A DNA stretch of 64,000 nt. Origin: Rhodosorus marinus CCMP1338 (taxonomy: Eukaryota > Plantae > Rhodophyta). The stretch covers positions 372,001-436,000 of the forward strand of contig JAMWBK010000011.1 of assembly GCA_029953675.1 (NCBI GenBank). Reading direction: 5' to 3'. A program made the position numbers and the translations under genes. This document shows positions 21,389-31,865 of the stretch, one piece after another (the first letter of the stretch is position 1; every line of letters starts with the position of its first letter). The notes below the pieces were generated by a model that searched no databases, was not told the origin of the DNA, and saw only the letters and a list, made by a program, of their open reading frames with translations.

Positions 21389-23443
21389 ATGGATATGGGA
21401 CGGAGATCGTTTTTGGGTCTGTTGGGCCTGGTGCTGGTGGGTTTTGTGTCTTGTGCGAAGCGAGCTGTGTTTGAGGACGTCTCGATTGCGAAGGGCTTGC
21501 AGAGTAGGGAGGAGAACCACAAACGCGTGCCGGCTGGGAATAAGTACGGCGGGGCTACTGTCGCAGATCTGGATGGTGATGGTTGGTACGATTTGGTGCT
21601 TTCCAACCACGGGAACAACGTGGAATGGTACTGGTCAACTGGTCAAGGCTCTTTTGAATCGGCGGATCCCCACATGCGAAGTTTTGATGTGCACGGGAGC
21701 GCGGTTGCAGATATTAATAACGATGGGAAAATGGAGGCAATCATGGCGATTGGAGGTTCCATGGGGTCGAAACCTTCAATCCCGGTTTGGTTAACTTTTG
21801 ACTCGAAGGGGAAGGTCAAGAAATCCCGTGGAGAGGAGTACGGACTTGGCCAGGATAGAATGCGCGGGAGGGTAGCCAGTTTTGTGGATATTGACAACGA
21901 TGGGGACCTTGACTTGATACAAACGAACAAGAGGGAACCTGATAAGCTAGAAGCTCATCTTGTATACGAAAACACGGGTGACGGCCAATTCATACTCAGG
22001 GCAGACACGGGCATCGAGGGGGTAAAAGCGTATCAGGTTGTGCTTTTTGACATCAACGAAGATGGCTATACGGATATCCTTTTCTTCTCCTCTTGGGGGG
22101 AAACCGATCTCTACTTGGGGACTGGAGACTTCAAGTTTATCAGAGATGAGGATACGCTGCCTTTGGAGCAACTGCACTACACGCACTGTGTAGCGGTCAT
22201 GGACTATGATAATGATGGCGATCTTGATCTGCTCGCTGTACGTGGAAGAAGAGCACCTCCTTTAGCTGGACTAGAGGACAACCTCATTGAGAACATCCTC
22301 CTTGAGAACAGGGGGAAAGGGGTGTTCGTGAACGTCGCAGAAGAGAAGCGATTGAGCGTCTTGACAGACCACACGCCCCGCCATGTAACTTACGGCGACT
22401 TCAACAATGACGGCTACTTGGATCTGTTTGTGACTATTAGCACGGCACATCGCGACACTCGCCATAATGACGTGCTATTGCTCAACGAAAAGGGTCTCTA
22501 CTTTAAGACAGCGGAGGACTACGGAATCGAAGTTGCAGGGCTTAGAGAGGACGGAGACAGCGGCTTTGCGTTTGACTTTAACATGGATGGAAATGTGGAC
22601 TATTTAACTGGGAACGTTAACTCTACATGGAGATTATACGAAAATAAAACCGATCTCCGGAGGAGGCGACATCTGTTTGTGAGAATCGGGAGACCTCCGG
22701 CGTCAGAGCTGGACCCGGGACTGGATCGAAACCCCCTTGGGGCTGTCGTCAGGGTTTACACTGGGGGAGGCGATGTGTTCACGAGACAAGTGGAAACCCC
22801 AGGGAGATCTCACGCACAGGCGTACATGGACACGCTTCACTTCGGCCTTATGAATAAGAAGAACGTTAAAAGAATTGAAGTGGAGTACACCGGCGGAGTA
22901 ACGCTTGTACGTGAGGGAAACATCACGTTAGATAGCGAGGTGATCGTTGGACGGTTCTTCCATTGCCCCACTGGACTGACTGGGAAAGAATGTGACCGTG
23001 TACCTGTTTGTGACGTGACAAACCCGTGCAATGATCGTGGCTGCGAGCGTGTTTTCTACAGAAAATGTGAAGAATGTCGGAGCTACTTTTGCCTACCACC
23101 GGGTGAAGAGCCCTTCATAGAGACAGAATCAGAGACACCGGCAGAATCCCCAACGCCAACGGAAGCACCTACGGACACAGCTACGGAGGGGCCTACAGAC
23201 ACTGCAACGGAGGGGCCTACTGACACTGCAACGGAGGGACCTACTGACACTGCAACGGAGGGACCTACTGACACGGCAACGGAAGGACCTACAGACACGG
23301 CAACGGAGGGACCTTCAGGCACTGCAATGGAGGGACCTACAGACAGTGTAACGGAGGGACCTACAGAACTCACAACGGGCACACCCACCGTTTCTCCAAC
23401 GGAGGTGCCCGCAACACCTACGACGGAGATCAGAATGCCCTGA
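21389..23443 (+). CDS. Secreted FG-GAP + ASPIC/UnbV protein, paralogue 4, with a mucin-like Thr/Pro/Glu tail (684 aa)
   Basis: Signal peptide MDMGRRSFLGLLGLVLVGFVSCA; same motifs; C-terminal (TATEGPTD)n. Confidence 0.9.
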   Translation: MDMGRRSFLGLLGLVLVGFVSCAKRAVFEDVSIAKGLQSREENHKRVPAGNKYGGATVADLDGDGWYDLVLSNHGNNVEWYWSTGQGSFESADPHMRSFDVHGSAVADINNDGKMEAIMAIGGSMGSKPSIPVWLTFDSKGKVKKSRGEEYGLGQDRMRGRVASFVDIDNDGDLDLIQTNKREPDKLEAHLVYENTGDGQFILRADTGIEGVKAYQVVLFDINEDGYTDILFFSSWGETDLYLGTGDFKFIRDEDTLPLEQLHYTHCVAVMDYDNDGDLDLLAVRGRRAPPLAGLEDNLIENILLENRGKGVFVNVAEEKRLSVLTDHTPRHVTYGDFNNDGYLDLFVTISTAHRDTRHNDVLLLNEKGLYFKTAEDYGIEVAGLREDGDSGFAFDFNMDGNVDYLTGNVNSTWRLYENKTDLRRRRHLFVRIGRPPASELDPGLDRNPLGAVVRVYTGGGDVFTRQVETPGRSHAQAYMDTLHFGLMNKKNVKRIEVEYTGGVTLVREGNITLDSEVIVGRFFHCPTGLTGKECDRVPVCDVTNPCNDRGCERVFYRKCEECRSYFCLPPGEEPFIETESETPAESPTPTEAPTDTATEGPTDTATEGPTDTATEGPTDTATEGPTDTATEGPTDTATEGPSGTAMEGPTDSVTEGPTELTTGTPTVSPTEVPATPTTEIRMP
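23177..23368 (+). repeat. Coding 24-bp minisatellite, eight units (TATEGPTD)
   Basis: AC(A/T)GC(A/T)ACGGA(G/A)GG(G/A)CCTAC(A/T)GAC repeated. Confidence 0.9.
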
Positions 23444-24146
23444 GCCACGTATTTCTTAGAAGCATACAGATGCCCTCAGAAGAGCTCAGATGAGAAGGAA
23501 ACGCTGGCTTATAGAAACTAGATTCTCTGCTACAGTACTACATGTGTTTAGTAAATCCATCCAGATCATCCCAGATGTGTTTTGCCTGCCAAGGCAGAAT
23601 CTGCAACACCGAGGCCAGCGCTGCTCCGACTGCACTCCCGCAGTACCAACACGCGGGATTGTTACTGCCTATCAACGCTGCTGGTTAAAAAACATAAACA
23701 AAAGCTCTCATGCTAACTGCGGTAGAAGATGTAGGAGTTGGAGAGGAGATTCTAGCATTAGATCGCATCGACTTCTGAGCATACTTTCCCAGCAACTCCA
23801 ACTCCCCCAAAAACCCGGTTTCGAGCCCAGAAAAAACCACCCAAAACTGTGAAAGGCGTACCTCCCGAAGTCAGCACGCGGTGGCGCTGACGGCAGAGCT
23901 CGTCATTAGCACGAACCGATAAACTGATCATAGGACGGACCAGGGAAGGGCCGTATATTTATGGCGACCAAATGCAGCAGCTTGTGGTCTACATTTGGCA
24001 CCTAGGAAGATATATAAGACAGACTTGAGACCAGCCAGGCCTTGTTGATCTGTTCCAGCCGGACAGTGACGAACAACAAAAGGAGAAAAGAACTAAACGA
24101 AATACGCGCAGACTTCATTAGGTTATGAGCCCAGACAACGCGGGTT

Positions 24147-24362
24147 GTTGGACCGGAAGGACGACTAGGAGCAAGTGAAAGATCGACTTTTTCCTTGCTC
24201 ACCATTGCATAACATAAGCCGAGTATTTATATAGTTTGTTGGAGGCTGGCCACTAAGTGAGCGACGACCGCAGTAAAACGCACTACTTTCCTGAGAGCTC
24301 CAAAGTTGGGACCGGAAGGACGACTCGGAGCAAGTGAAAGATGGACGTTTTTCTTGCTGACC
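24147..24362. repeat. Two diverged 57-bp direct repeats
   Basis: GTTGG(G)ACCGGAAGGACGACT(A/C)GGAGCAAGTGAAAGAT at 24147 and 24305. Confidence 0.8.
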
Positions 24363-25399
24363 TCTCCAATGTCGTTTTCTCGCCATACGGGGGGGGCCAT
24401 AGGGGGCTCCATAAGGGGTGTCCAGAGGTGATAAGATCTTGTGAAATACTGATAGCCAGGACCACGGGCTGCAGCAAGTACTCCGAGAGCCCTGATCCAC
24501 GGTCTAGCGACTCAAATCGCATAAAGATGAGCATTTCATCCAGAGTATATACCCGGACAGCGCCAACATCTTGAAGGCAGCTGCTTCGCTTCCACCCTGC
24601 ATCGCAATTCGACTCTTCCAACCACGGCTTCGCCACTCCCAATCAACCTCAATCAAAACCTTAAGAAAGTACCTTACCAGATATCTCCGGTGTACATATC
24701 AGTTAACCCATAATATTATCAAAATAATTAAACATAATATCTCATATAGAAAATATACAACGTTTATTTGTTAAGCAGCCTCCAAACCTTATTTTTTCTC
24801 GCGAAAAGCTTAGTATCCGTTCTTGAAACACATTAATAATTTGGATATAATTGATGTATCATGAGCCAATTAAGCTTGGCCAACTAAAAACCACGATTCG
24901 CGAGGGTTCACGCTCCAAAGCTTTTAGTATTGAATCTACGATGTTTTTAGGTATTCGCCTTTGAAGGGAGACACCTCAGTGAGGGTGATGGAATACTCCG
25001 ATCAGTGACACTATAAAAGGCCGAATTCTGCTTGAGAAACTTTTTTTGGGGGGGGGAGGGATGGAGATGCGTGTAAGGACCGTAGGTGAGGTATTGAGGA
25101 ATTAGCTCCATAGGACCACGTCTGTTGTCAAGTCCGTGACAGTTCCCCGTCGAAGCCAAGGCCAAAGGTTTTGCAAAGAATGCTCGATGTGTTTTTTTGG
25201 TAGCAGAATCTCTGCCTGCTTCGTGGGGTTTTGCAAGCTATGTTCAGAGAACAGTGACTTTGGGGTTTTCATTCTGGGATGATCTAGGAAAGAGGGAGCT
25301 ACGTGAACCATTGAGTTTGCCGCTGGATCTGGAGTTTGGTCGCAGGCTGAGCTGGATGGTCTGGATATTCTGTGGAGCTGTCTACGATTGCTACGCGAA

Positions 25400-27127
25400 A
25401 TGGGTTGCAGAAGGTCATTTTTAGCTCTGTTCTTAGGGTTAACCCTGGGACTGGTCGATTTTGCGGCTTGTGGGGTACCTCGGATACGTTTTAAGGATGT
25501 CTCGCGTTCGAAGGGCATCCAGAGTCTCGCAGAGAACCACAGACGCGTGCCAAAATGGAGCAAATATGATGGCGCTACGATTGCGGATCTCGATGGAGAT
25601 GGTTGGTATGACATGGTACTTTCCAACCATGGGAACAACGCAGAATGGTACTGGGGAACTGCCAATGGTTCGTTCAAATCGGTGGATCCACGGATGAAGT
25701 TTTTTGACGTGCACGGGACTGCTGCTGCGGACATTGACAACGATGGAAAAATGGAGGTCATCATGACGATCGGAGGTTCTGGGGGTTCTCGACCTTCGAC
25801 TCCTGTGCTGTTCAGCTTTAACGACAGCAGAAAGCTGAAGAAGAGCCGCGGTGAGAAGTACCGACTTGGCAAGGAGCGCATGCGTGGAAGGGTGGCGAGT
25901 TTTGTGGATGTCGACAATGATGGAGACCTTGACTTGATTTATACCAACAAAAGAGAGCCTGGAAAGCGAAAAGCACACCTTGTATATGAAAACTCTGGTA
26001 ATGGCAGATTCGTGCTTAAGAAAGATACAGGAATAGAATCCGTAGACGCGTACACGATAGAGCTTTTCGATATCAACGAAGACGGCAATATGGATATAAT
26101 TTTCTTCTCCAGATATGGGGCGGCCCATCTGTACTTGGGCACTGGAGACTTCAAATATGTTGAAGACAAAGATACGCTGCCTTTGGATTTGCTATCCTAC
26201 GCACACAGCGTAGCGGTTATGGACTATGATAATGATGGGGATCTTGATCTGCTCATTTTACGTGGGAGACGCTCGCCTAGAGGCAAATTGGACAGCATTC
26301 TTCTTGAGAACACTGGAAAAGGTCGATTCGTGAGCGTTGGACAGGATAAGCGATTGAGCACACTCACAGAGTACAGGCCGTACCATGTAACATACGGTGA
26401 CTTCAACAATGACGGCTACATAGATCTGTACATCACGATCAGCACAGACTATGCTGCGCCTAGGCAGGATGACCTACTCATGGTAAACAAAAAGGGACTC
26501 CAGTTCAAGTTGGTGGAGGACCACGGAATCCGAACTCGAGGTCTTCCAGAGGACGGAAACAGCGCGTTCGCATTTGACTTTAACATGGACGGAAATCTGG
26601 ACCTGTTGACGGGGAACAGAAACTCTACCTGGAGACTGTATGAAAACAAAAGTTACCTGGGCAATAGACACCATCTGTTCGTTAGAGTCGGGAGACCTCC
26701 AGCAACGGAGCTGGACCCTGGACTCGATCGAAACCCGCTTGGTGCTGTAGTCAAGGTTTTCACTCGTGAAGGTGGAGTGTTCACAAGACAGGTAGCTACT
26801 CCTGGAAGGTCTCACGCCCAGGCATACATGGACACGCTGCACTTTGGACTTGGAAAGCATAAAAAAATCCACAGAATTGTAGTGGAGTACACTGGAGGAA
26901 TAACTCTTGTACGTCAGCATCGCATTAACGTAGACGGGGAAGTCATCGTTGGACAATTCTTCCGATGCGGTCCCGGACTAACGGGCAAGAAATGCAACCG
27001 AAAACCCAGTTGCAGCATAAAGAACCGCTGCAATGGTCGGGGCTGCGAGCGTATTTTCTACACAAAGTGCAAAACGTGCAGGAACTATTTTTGTTTGGCT
27101 GCTGGAGAAGAGTCCGGCCCTAACTGA
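25400..27127 (+). CDS. Secreted FG-GAP + ASPIC/UnbV protein, paralogue 5 (Lys/Arg-rich; ATG at 25400)
   Basis: MGCRRSFLALFLGLTLGLVDFAAC signal peptide; same motif set. Confidence 0.9.
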   Translation: MGCRRSFLALFLGLTLGLVDFAACGVPRIRFKDVSRSKGIQSLAENHRRVPKWSKYDGATIADLDGDGWYDMVLSNHGNNAEWYWGTANGSFKSVDPRMKFFDVHGTAAADIDNDGKMEVIMTIGGSGGSRPSTPVLFSFNDSRKLKKSRGEKYRLGKERMRGRVASFVDVDNDGDLDLIYTNKREPGKRKAHLVYENSGNGRFVLKKDTGIESVDAYTIELFDINEDGNMDIIFFSRYGAAHLYLGTGDFKYVEDKDTLPLDLLSYAHSVAVMDYDNDGDLDLLILRGRRSPRGKLDSILLENTGKGRFVSVGQDKRLSTLTEYRPYHVTYGDFNNDGYIDLYITISTDYAAPRQDDLLMVNKKGLQFKLVEDHGIRTRGLPEDGNSAFAFDFNMDGNLDLLTGNRNSTWRLYENKSYLGNRHHLFVRVGRPPATELDPGLDRNPLGAVVKVFTREGGVFTRQVATPGRSHAQAYMDTLHFGLGKHKKIHRIVVEYTGGITLVRQHRINVDGEVIVGQFFRCGPGLTGKKCNRKPSCSIKNRCNGRGCERIFYTKCKTCRNYFCLAAGEESGPN

Positions 27128-27448
27128 GTAGAGGCAAAGCATGGGTTGCTGCATTTACAGCGTACACTAACCCAGAACTTTTCAAGTGGCCAACTGATCC
27201 GAGTTCGTGCTGTGAGCTCTGTTCGACTATCCGATGTCCATGCACGAACGGCAGGTCGTAGGCGTAGCCAGTGGAATAGGGTGCAAGAAGTCGCGAGACC
27301 GGTACGGCCGGGGGACGTGGATTGACGGAATATTTTATTTGCCGTAGCTTAAATATAGTTATTTCAAATATACCTTCGAAGTCTCCATTCCGGGGAAGCC
27401 CTCCCTTTCCTCCACCTCAGCGCTCACCCGAACACTGATGGTGAGGGC

Positions 27449-29143
27449 TTACTTGCTATCATTGTCGATGGTGATGGGGCAGAACCTGCTCTGTCCAATG
27501 TTCTTGTTGACAACCTTTTCACAAGTTTCGTGCGCGAGGCACTCTTCTACTTTGCACGGGTGTATCCGGCGTGCACACTTGGCCCCAGTCCATAGTCCTC
27601 TACACCTATAGTACAACCCGCTAACTATCACCCGGTTTACTGCAATGTTCCCATTCCGAACGACGACGATCCCATTCGTATAACGAATCATGATTCTTTC
27701 GAGGTTGGAGCACCTGCCAAGGCCAAAATGGAGTGTATCATAGTAGCTCTGGGAGTGACTTGCGCCTGGCGTGATCGTTCTTTGTACAAACGTCCGGCTA
27801 TCACATCTGAGCCGGACAGTCGCTCCTATAGGACTGCGGTTCCATTTGGGAAGGAACCGACCGATTCTTGGAAATCCAACCCTTATGATCACCCAGTTGT
27901 TCCTCATTGTTTGAGAAAGGTTCCTGAACAAATGCCATGATCCGTGTTTGTAGCCCACCAGAAGATCCAACCTGCCGTCCAGGTCGTGATCAAATGCGAT
28001 AGCGCTGTCTCCGTCTTCATCCAAACCCTTCCTATCCAGTCCTACCCACCTCTTCCTGTTAAAGGTCCCGTTCCCCTTGTTCATGAGGAGGATGTCCTGC
28101 TTGTTTGGACCGCGGTACCACGTCATCTGAGATATGTACAAATCCGCGTAGCCATCATTGTTGAAGTCGCCGCAGGTCACGTGATAGTGCTTCCCACCCG
28201 TGGGAATCTTGGCTTGTACACTGACGTTTTCGTAAATGTACCCCTTCTTCTTTCGCAGGAGGACGTCATCGAACTGCTTCTTGTTTTTGCCCCTGGCTAT
28301 GTACAAGTCCGGCATTCCATCACCGTCAAAGTCTAGCTCACAGGCACACCGAGCACCCCTCATCTTGTGTGCATCTGGAATCACGCCAATCGCCTTCTTG
28401 AAGCCGAATCTTCCTGTTCCTTCCCATAACTGGACGGAATCATCTGTCATCAATAGCACATCCATAAATCCATCCTCGTTGAAGTCGATCAGATGAAACC
28501 AAGCGGCATTCACATGTTCAAATCCAGTCTTCCGTACTCTAAATGTCCCGTCACCCTGGTTCTCATAGAACAGATGAATCGGTTGGTCGTCAATACCAGG
28601 AATCTTCCGGTTAACATAGATAAGGTCCAAGAAGCCGTTCCCAGTGGTATCCATGAAACCGCAAGATCTTCCCCGGACGTATTGGTCATTGAGTCCCCAT
28701 TTAGCCCCATCGACAGATATGTTGAATCCGTTGTTCTCTCCACTCTCCAACACCATCCCAGTTCCCGGGTTCGTGCCCGCGGCGCCTCCCCTCGTGATCA
28801 CCGCGTTGAGATGCCAACTGTTGGACATGTCCGCGATCGCAACTCCGTGGATGTCTCTTCGATACAATCCTGGACTCTTGAACCTGTACTTTGTATTCAT
28901 TTTCGACCAGTAGAAATCCAATCCGTCTCCGTGGTTTGACATCATAAGGTCGTACCTTCCATCGCGATTCATATCTGCTACGGCCGGCGACCAGTACGCA
29001 TTCTCGCTGCTGACATTCCGCGCATCCGGGATCGTCTTGGCAAGAATCCCAGCCTTTTCTGAGATATCTACAAACCGTGGAACCAGCAGAGATCGGATTT
29101 GAAGTATCAAAAGACACACAACAAAAGCCTTCAAGATATTCAT
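27449..29143 (-). CDS. Secreted FG-GAP + ASPIC/UnbV protein, paralogue 6 (most divergent, 564 aa)
   Basis: MNILKAFVVCLLILQIRS signal peptide; DMNRDGRYD, DFNEDGFMD, DFDGDGMPD, DFNNDGYAD, DHDLDGRLD; TPGASHSQSYYDTLHFGLG; CRGLWTGAKC. Confidence 0.88.
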   Translation of the reverse strand: MNILKAFVVCLLILQIRSLLVPRFVDISEKAGILAKTIPDARNVSSENAYWSPAVADMNRDGRYDLMMSNHGDGLDFYWSKMNTKYRFKSPGLYRRDIHGVAIADMSNSWHLNAVITRGGAAGTNPGTGMVLESGENNGFNISVDGAKWGLNDQYVRGRSCGFMDTTGNGFLDLIYVNRKIPGIDDQPIHLFYENQGDGTFRVRKTGFEHVNAAWFHLIDFNEDGFMDVLLMTDDSVQLWEGTGRFGFKKAIGVIPDAHKMRGARCACELDFDGDGMPDLYIARGKNKKQFDDVLLRKKKGYIYENVSVQAKIPTGGKHYHVTCGDFNNDGYADLYISQMTWYRGPNKQDILLMNKGNGTFNRKRWVGLDRKGLDEDGDSAIAFDHDLDGRLDLLVGYKHGSWHLFRNLSQTMRNNWVIIRVGFPRIGRFLPKWNRSPIGATVRLRCDSRTFVQRTITPGASHSQSYYDTLHFGLGRCSNLERIMIRYTNGIVVVRNGNIAVNRVIVSGLYYRCRGLWTGAKCARRIHPCKVEECLAHETCEKVVNKNIGQSRFCPITIDNDSK

Positions 29144-30413
29144 CGCGCCTTGTTCGCAAGAAGCCCCTGGATCCTGCCGGCTCAGCTCCTCACACCGTCA
29201 ATCTTCCGACACCCTCTTCTTTATACTCTGCCATCGACCATCCCAATGCACTTTGGAGCTCTTTAGGCTCTGTAAACTTGTTCGACAACTGTCGAGACGC
29301 CCGCTTCCTGTGCAGGCTAATGTGGATGCTATAGCCATCGAACCGCCAGCTCCATTGTCACTCAATTCCCGCAGCAAAAATTTCTCAATTCCAATTTTCC
29401 AAAAGAAAATAAGAGCATTCTCGCAAGGACATCTCCTGACATTTCAACGCCATCCATATTTCTACTAATTTTCAATATCTGAATTCAACGGCACATTTTT
29501 AAGGGTTTTCAAAACTCCTAACACTTTTCCGTTATATATGTTTTAGGAATCTAACTTGCCTTATTTAGAAGTTTTTAGAACTAAGAAACGTATCCGAGGT
29601 GTTAGATTGAATACAAGAGCATGTTGGTCTATATTTGTGATCCAATGGTGTATATTTAGCTACTTATAGTGCCGTTATTGGCAAAGTACTTTTGTTGGAG
29701 GATGATTCTATTGAATAAATGTTGAAATTAGAAAAGCTACTATCGTTCCATAATCGCCTGTATTATGCTTGTATTGAGAATAAAAACAATGGGGTGGAGT
29801 AAATTGTTTTTCAATAACTAAAGTCCTCCTTTGAGTTCGAGGCAATAATGAAAATTAATAATTAAAAGCCCCATAGGTCATTGTCCACTAGAAATTGAAT
29901 ATATATTTCCCTAATATATATCCTATTCTTCCATACATTGGACGTAAATATATAAATAGTATTTATTTATTGTGAGGCGACGAGAATGCTTGCTAATAAT
30001 TTGGAGTTCATTTGTCGTGATATGTAAATCGCGTTTCGATTGGTTTCAGTGGTAGTGAAAAAGGTACTATTGTAAAGTAAAAGGATTGTAATTGTTAATA
30101 TCTCGCCATTGTTATGTTCTTATGAATCCAATGGCTAGGGAGTGGTTAGAATATTCTATTTTACTTAATCGCTTGGCTGAGGTCTAATAACGGCTAGCTA
30201 GGCGAAGACTCTAGTCTTCGGCTAAATCCGTCTTCAATGCGTTTGGCTCGGGCATGGCGATGCTCGGAAGAACCTGTTTCACTGCCTGACAAACTAAGCA
30301 ACGCAGGGGAATGAATGGGACCGACGACCCTTTGCGGAAAAAATAGAACGTGTACGTTTTGAGTGCGATTTTTGACTATGCGGCGCAAAGCACTCAGAAC
30401 CGATTCGACGTGG

Positions 30414-30610
30414 GCGCTCAATCTTCGAAAGACAAGTGACCGTAAAGACCCGTCGCGAGCATGGCACAAAGCGCTCGAAGCCAACGACTTTTAGTCCCGG
30501 GATGCGCTGATAGTGAATGTCGCATAGTCTAAGCGCTCAATCTTCGAGACAAGTGATCGTAAAGACCCGTCGCGAGCATGGCGCAAAGCGGCCGAAGCCA
30601 ACGACCTTTC
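30414..30610. repeat. 119-bp tandem duplication
   Basis: GCGCTCAATCTTCGA..GACAAGTGA.CGTAAAGACCCGTCGCGAGCATGGC at 30414 and 30533. Confidence 0.85.
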
Positions 30611-31054
30611 CATTGATGCCCTGATTGTGATTGTGAATGCGTAATAGTCTAGTCTTTGGGTGTTATAGGCCGTGCAATAGCGCGAAAGCAGAGCTAGTCT
30701 CATCACAATCGGAACGTTCAGATAACTTCTACGCAGCATGGTTTTTATATAATAGAACGGTAAGTTCTTAGAACGGTAAGTTCTTAGGGAATGCTTGCTA
30801 CGGAGAAGCTTTCTCTGGCGCACGGATCTGAGAACATCGCCTTGAAGCTACCTTTCTAGGCTTCGCGATAAGACAACGCCCCCTCGACTGTATCATTTCA
30901 CCGACTTTTTCCTACTAGTTGGAGTTGGGTGCCCAAAGAACCACCCACACAGTGCCTCTTCTTCAATCTGCACTTCGTCAGTTGGCATCAGCTGACGGCC
31001 TGTTGCTCTGCACATACGCCAAGACCGTCTCTTTGCAACAAAAAGTGATGGATT

Positions 31055-31576
31055 CTACGAACCAAGTCCAAGCGCAGCGAGCTTGCTCCGAATATCTGAG
31101 CTTATAGAAGCCGCAAACTGCGGATCTAGTGGCGCTACCTCTTCGTTCTCTGAGGAAACAGAACCCGGACCCGGTAAACTCCTCAGCTCTTTCAAATCCG
31201 ATTTCTGTTCTGTCACAGACTCGTCTTCAACCTTAACTCCAATCCCACTCAACTTGCTCTTAATCTGAGCACTCATCGAGTCGAGATCAATCGATTTCTT
31301 CGCCTTCTCCCTGAATTCTTCGGGCAAGATATCCAGCCCATCAGAGGAGAACCTCTTCGAATCTCTTAATACCCCCTTTTCCCAGCTCCCACCGCCATAA
31401 ATATCCATCGCACGGTCCCCAGACCCTCCACCCAACGTCCAGTTCACGCTCTCAAAAACCCCAACCAAACACATCAAACCCAGCAACCAGAAAACGCCTT
31501 GACGTCGCCTCACAACCTGCTCAACTCCCTTCTGTCTATTCCTATATTTCAACATCATAAGTGCAATCAATAACAT
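31055..31576 (-). CDS. Hypothetical small protein with one predicted TM/signal segment (173 aa)
   Basis: ATG-started ORF; hydrophobic VFWLLGLMCLVGVF followed by a natural-looking acidic/basic domain; no recognised family. Confidence 0.5.
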   Translation of the reverse strand: MLLIALMMLKYRNRQKGVEQVVRRRQGVFWLLGLMCLVGVFESVNWTLGGGSGDRAMDIYGGGSWEKGVLRDSKRFSSDGLDILPEEFREKAKKSIDLDSMSAQIKSKLSGIGVKVEDESVTEQKSDLKELRSLPGPGSVSSENEEVAPLDPQFAASISSDIRSKLAALGLGS

Positions 31577-31821
31577 CTAAAAACCGCCACAACTAACAAA
31601 AAAAGCGTCTCCTCCGCTTCCAACTCTCTCCCTCCTCACAGAAACAAAAACAAAAACAACAAAAACAAACGCCAAACTAGTATATGACTCTCATATCCAT
31701 CCTATCTCCCTCAAAATCTTTCAAACCCCCACCCCTCCCCGAAACAATCCCCTCTCCTCCACCTACCCCTTCCTCTTCCTCACTTCCCAACTCACTTAAA
31801 AGTAACCTCTAACCTCTACGA

Positions 31822-31865
31822 GAGGACTTGTTAGAACAAGTCCTTACTTGTTAGAACAAGTCCTC
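31822..31865. promoter_or_regulatory. Doubled palindrome about 250 bp upstream of the 31576 ATG (possible binding site)
   Basis: GAGGACTTGTTAGAACAAGTCCTTACTTGTTAGAACAAGTCCTC: two copies of the palindrome ACTTGTT-AG-AACAAGT inside an outer inverted repeat. Confidence 0.3.

Noticed and set aside
885-29159. Many 60-230 aa ORFs overlapping the ASPIC/UnbV genes on the opposite strand or in other frames
   Set aside because: Shadow ORFs; their mutual similarity only reflects the underlying paralogy.
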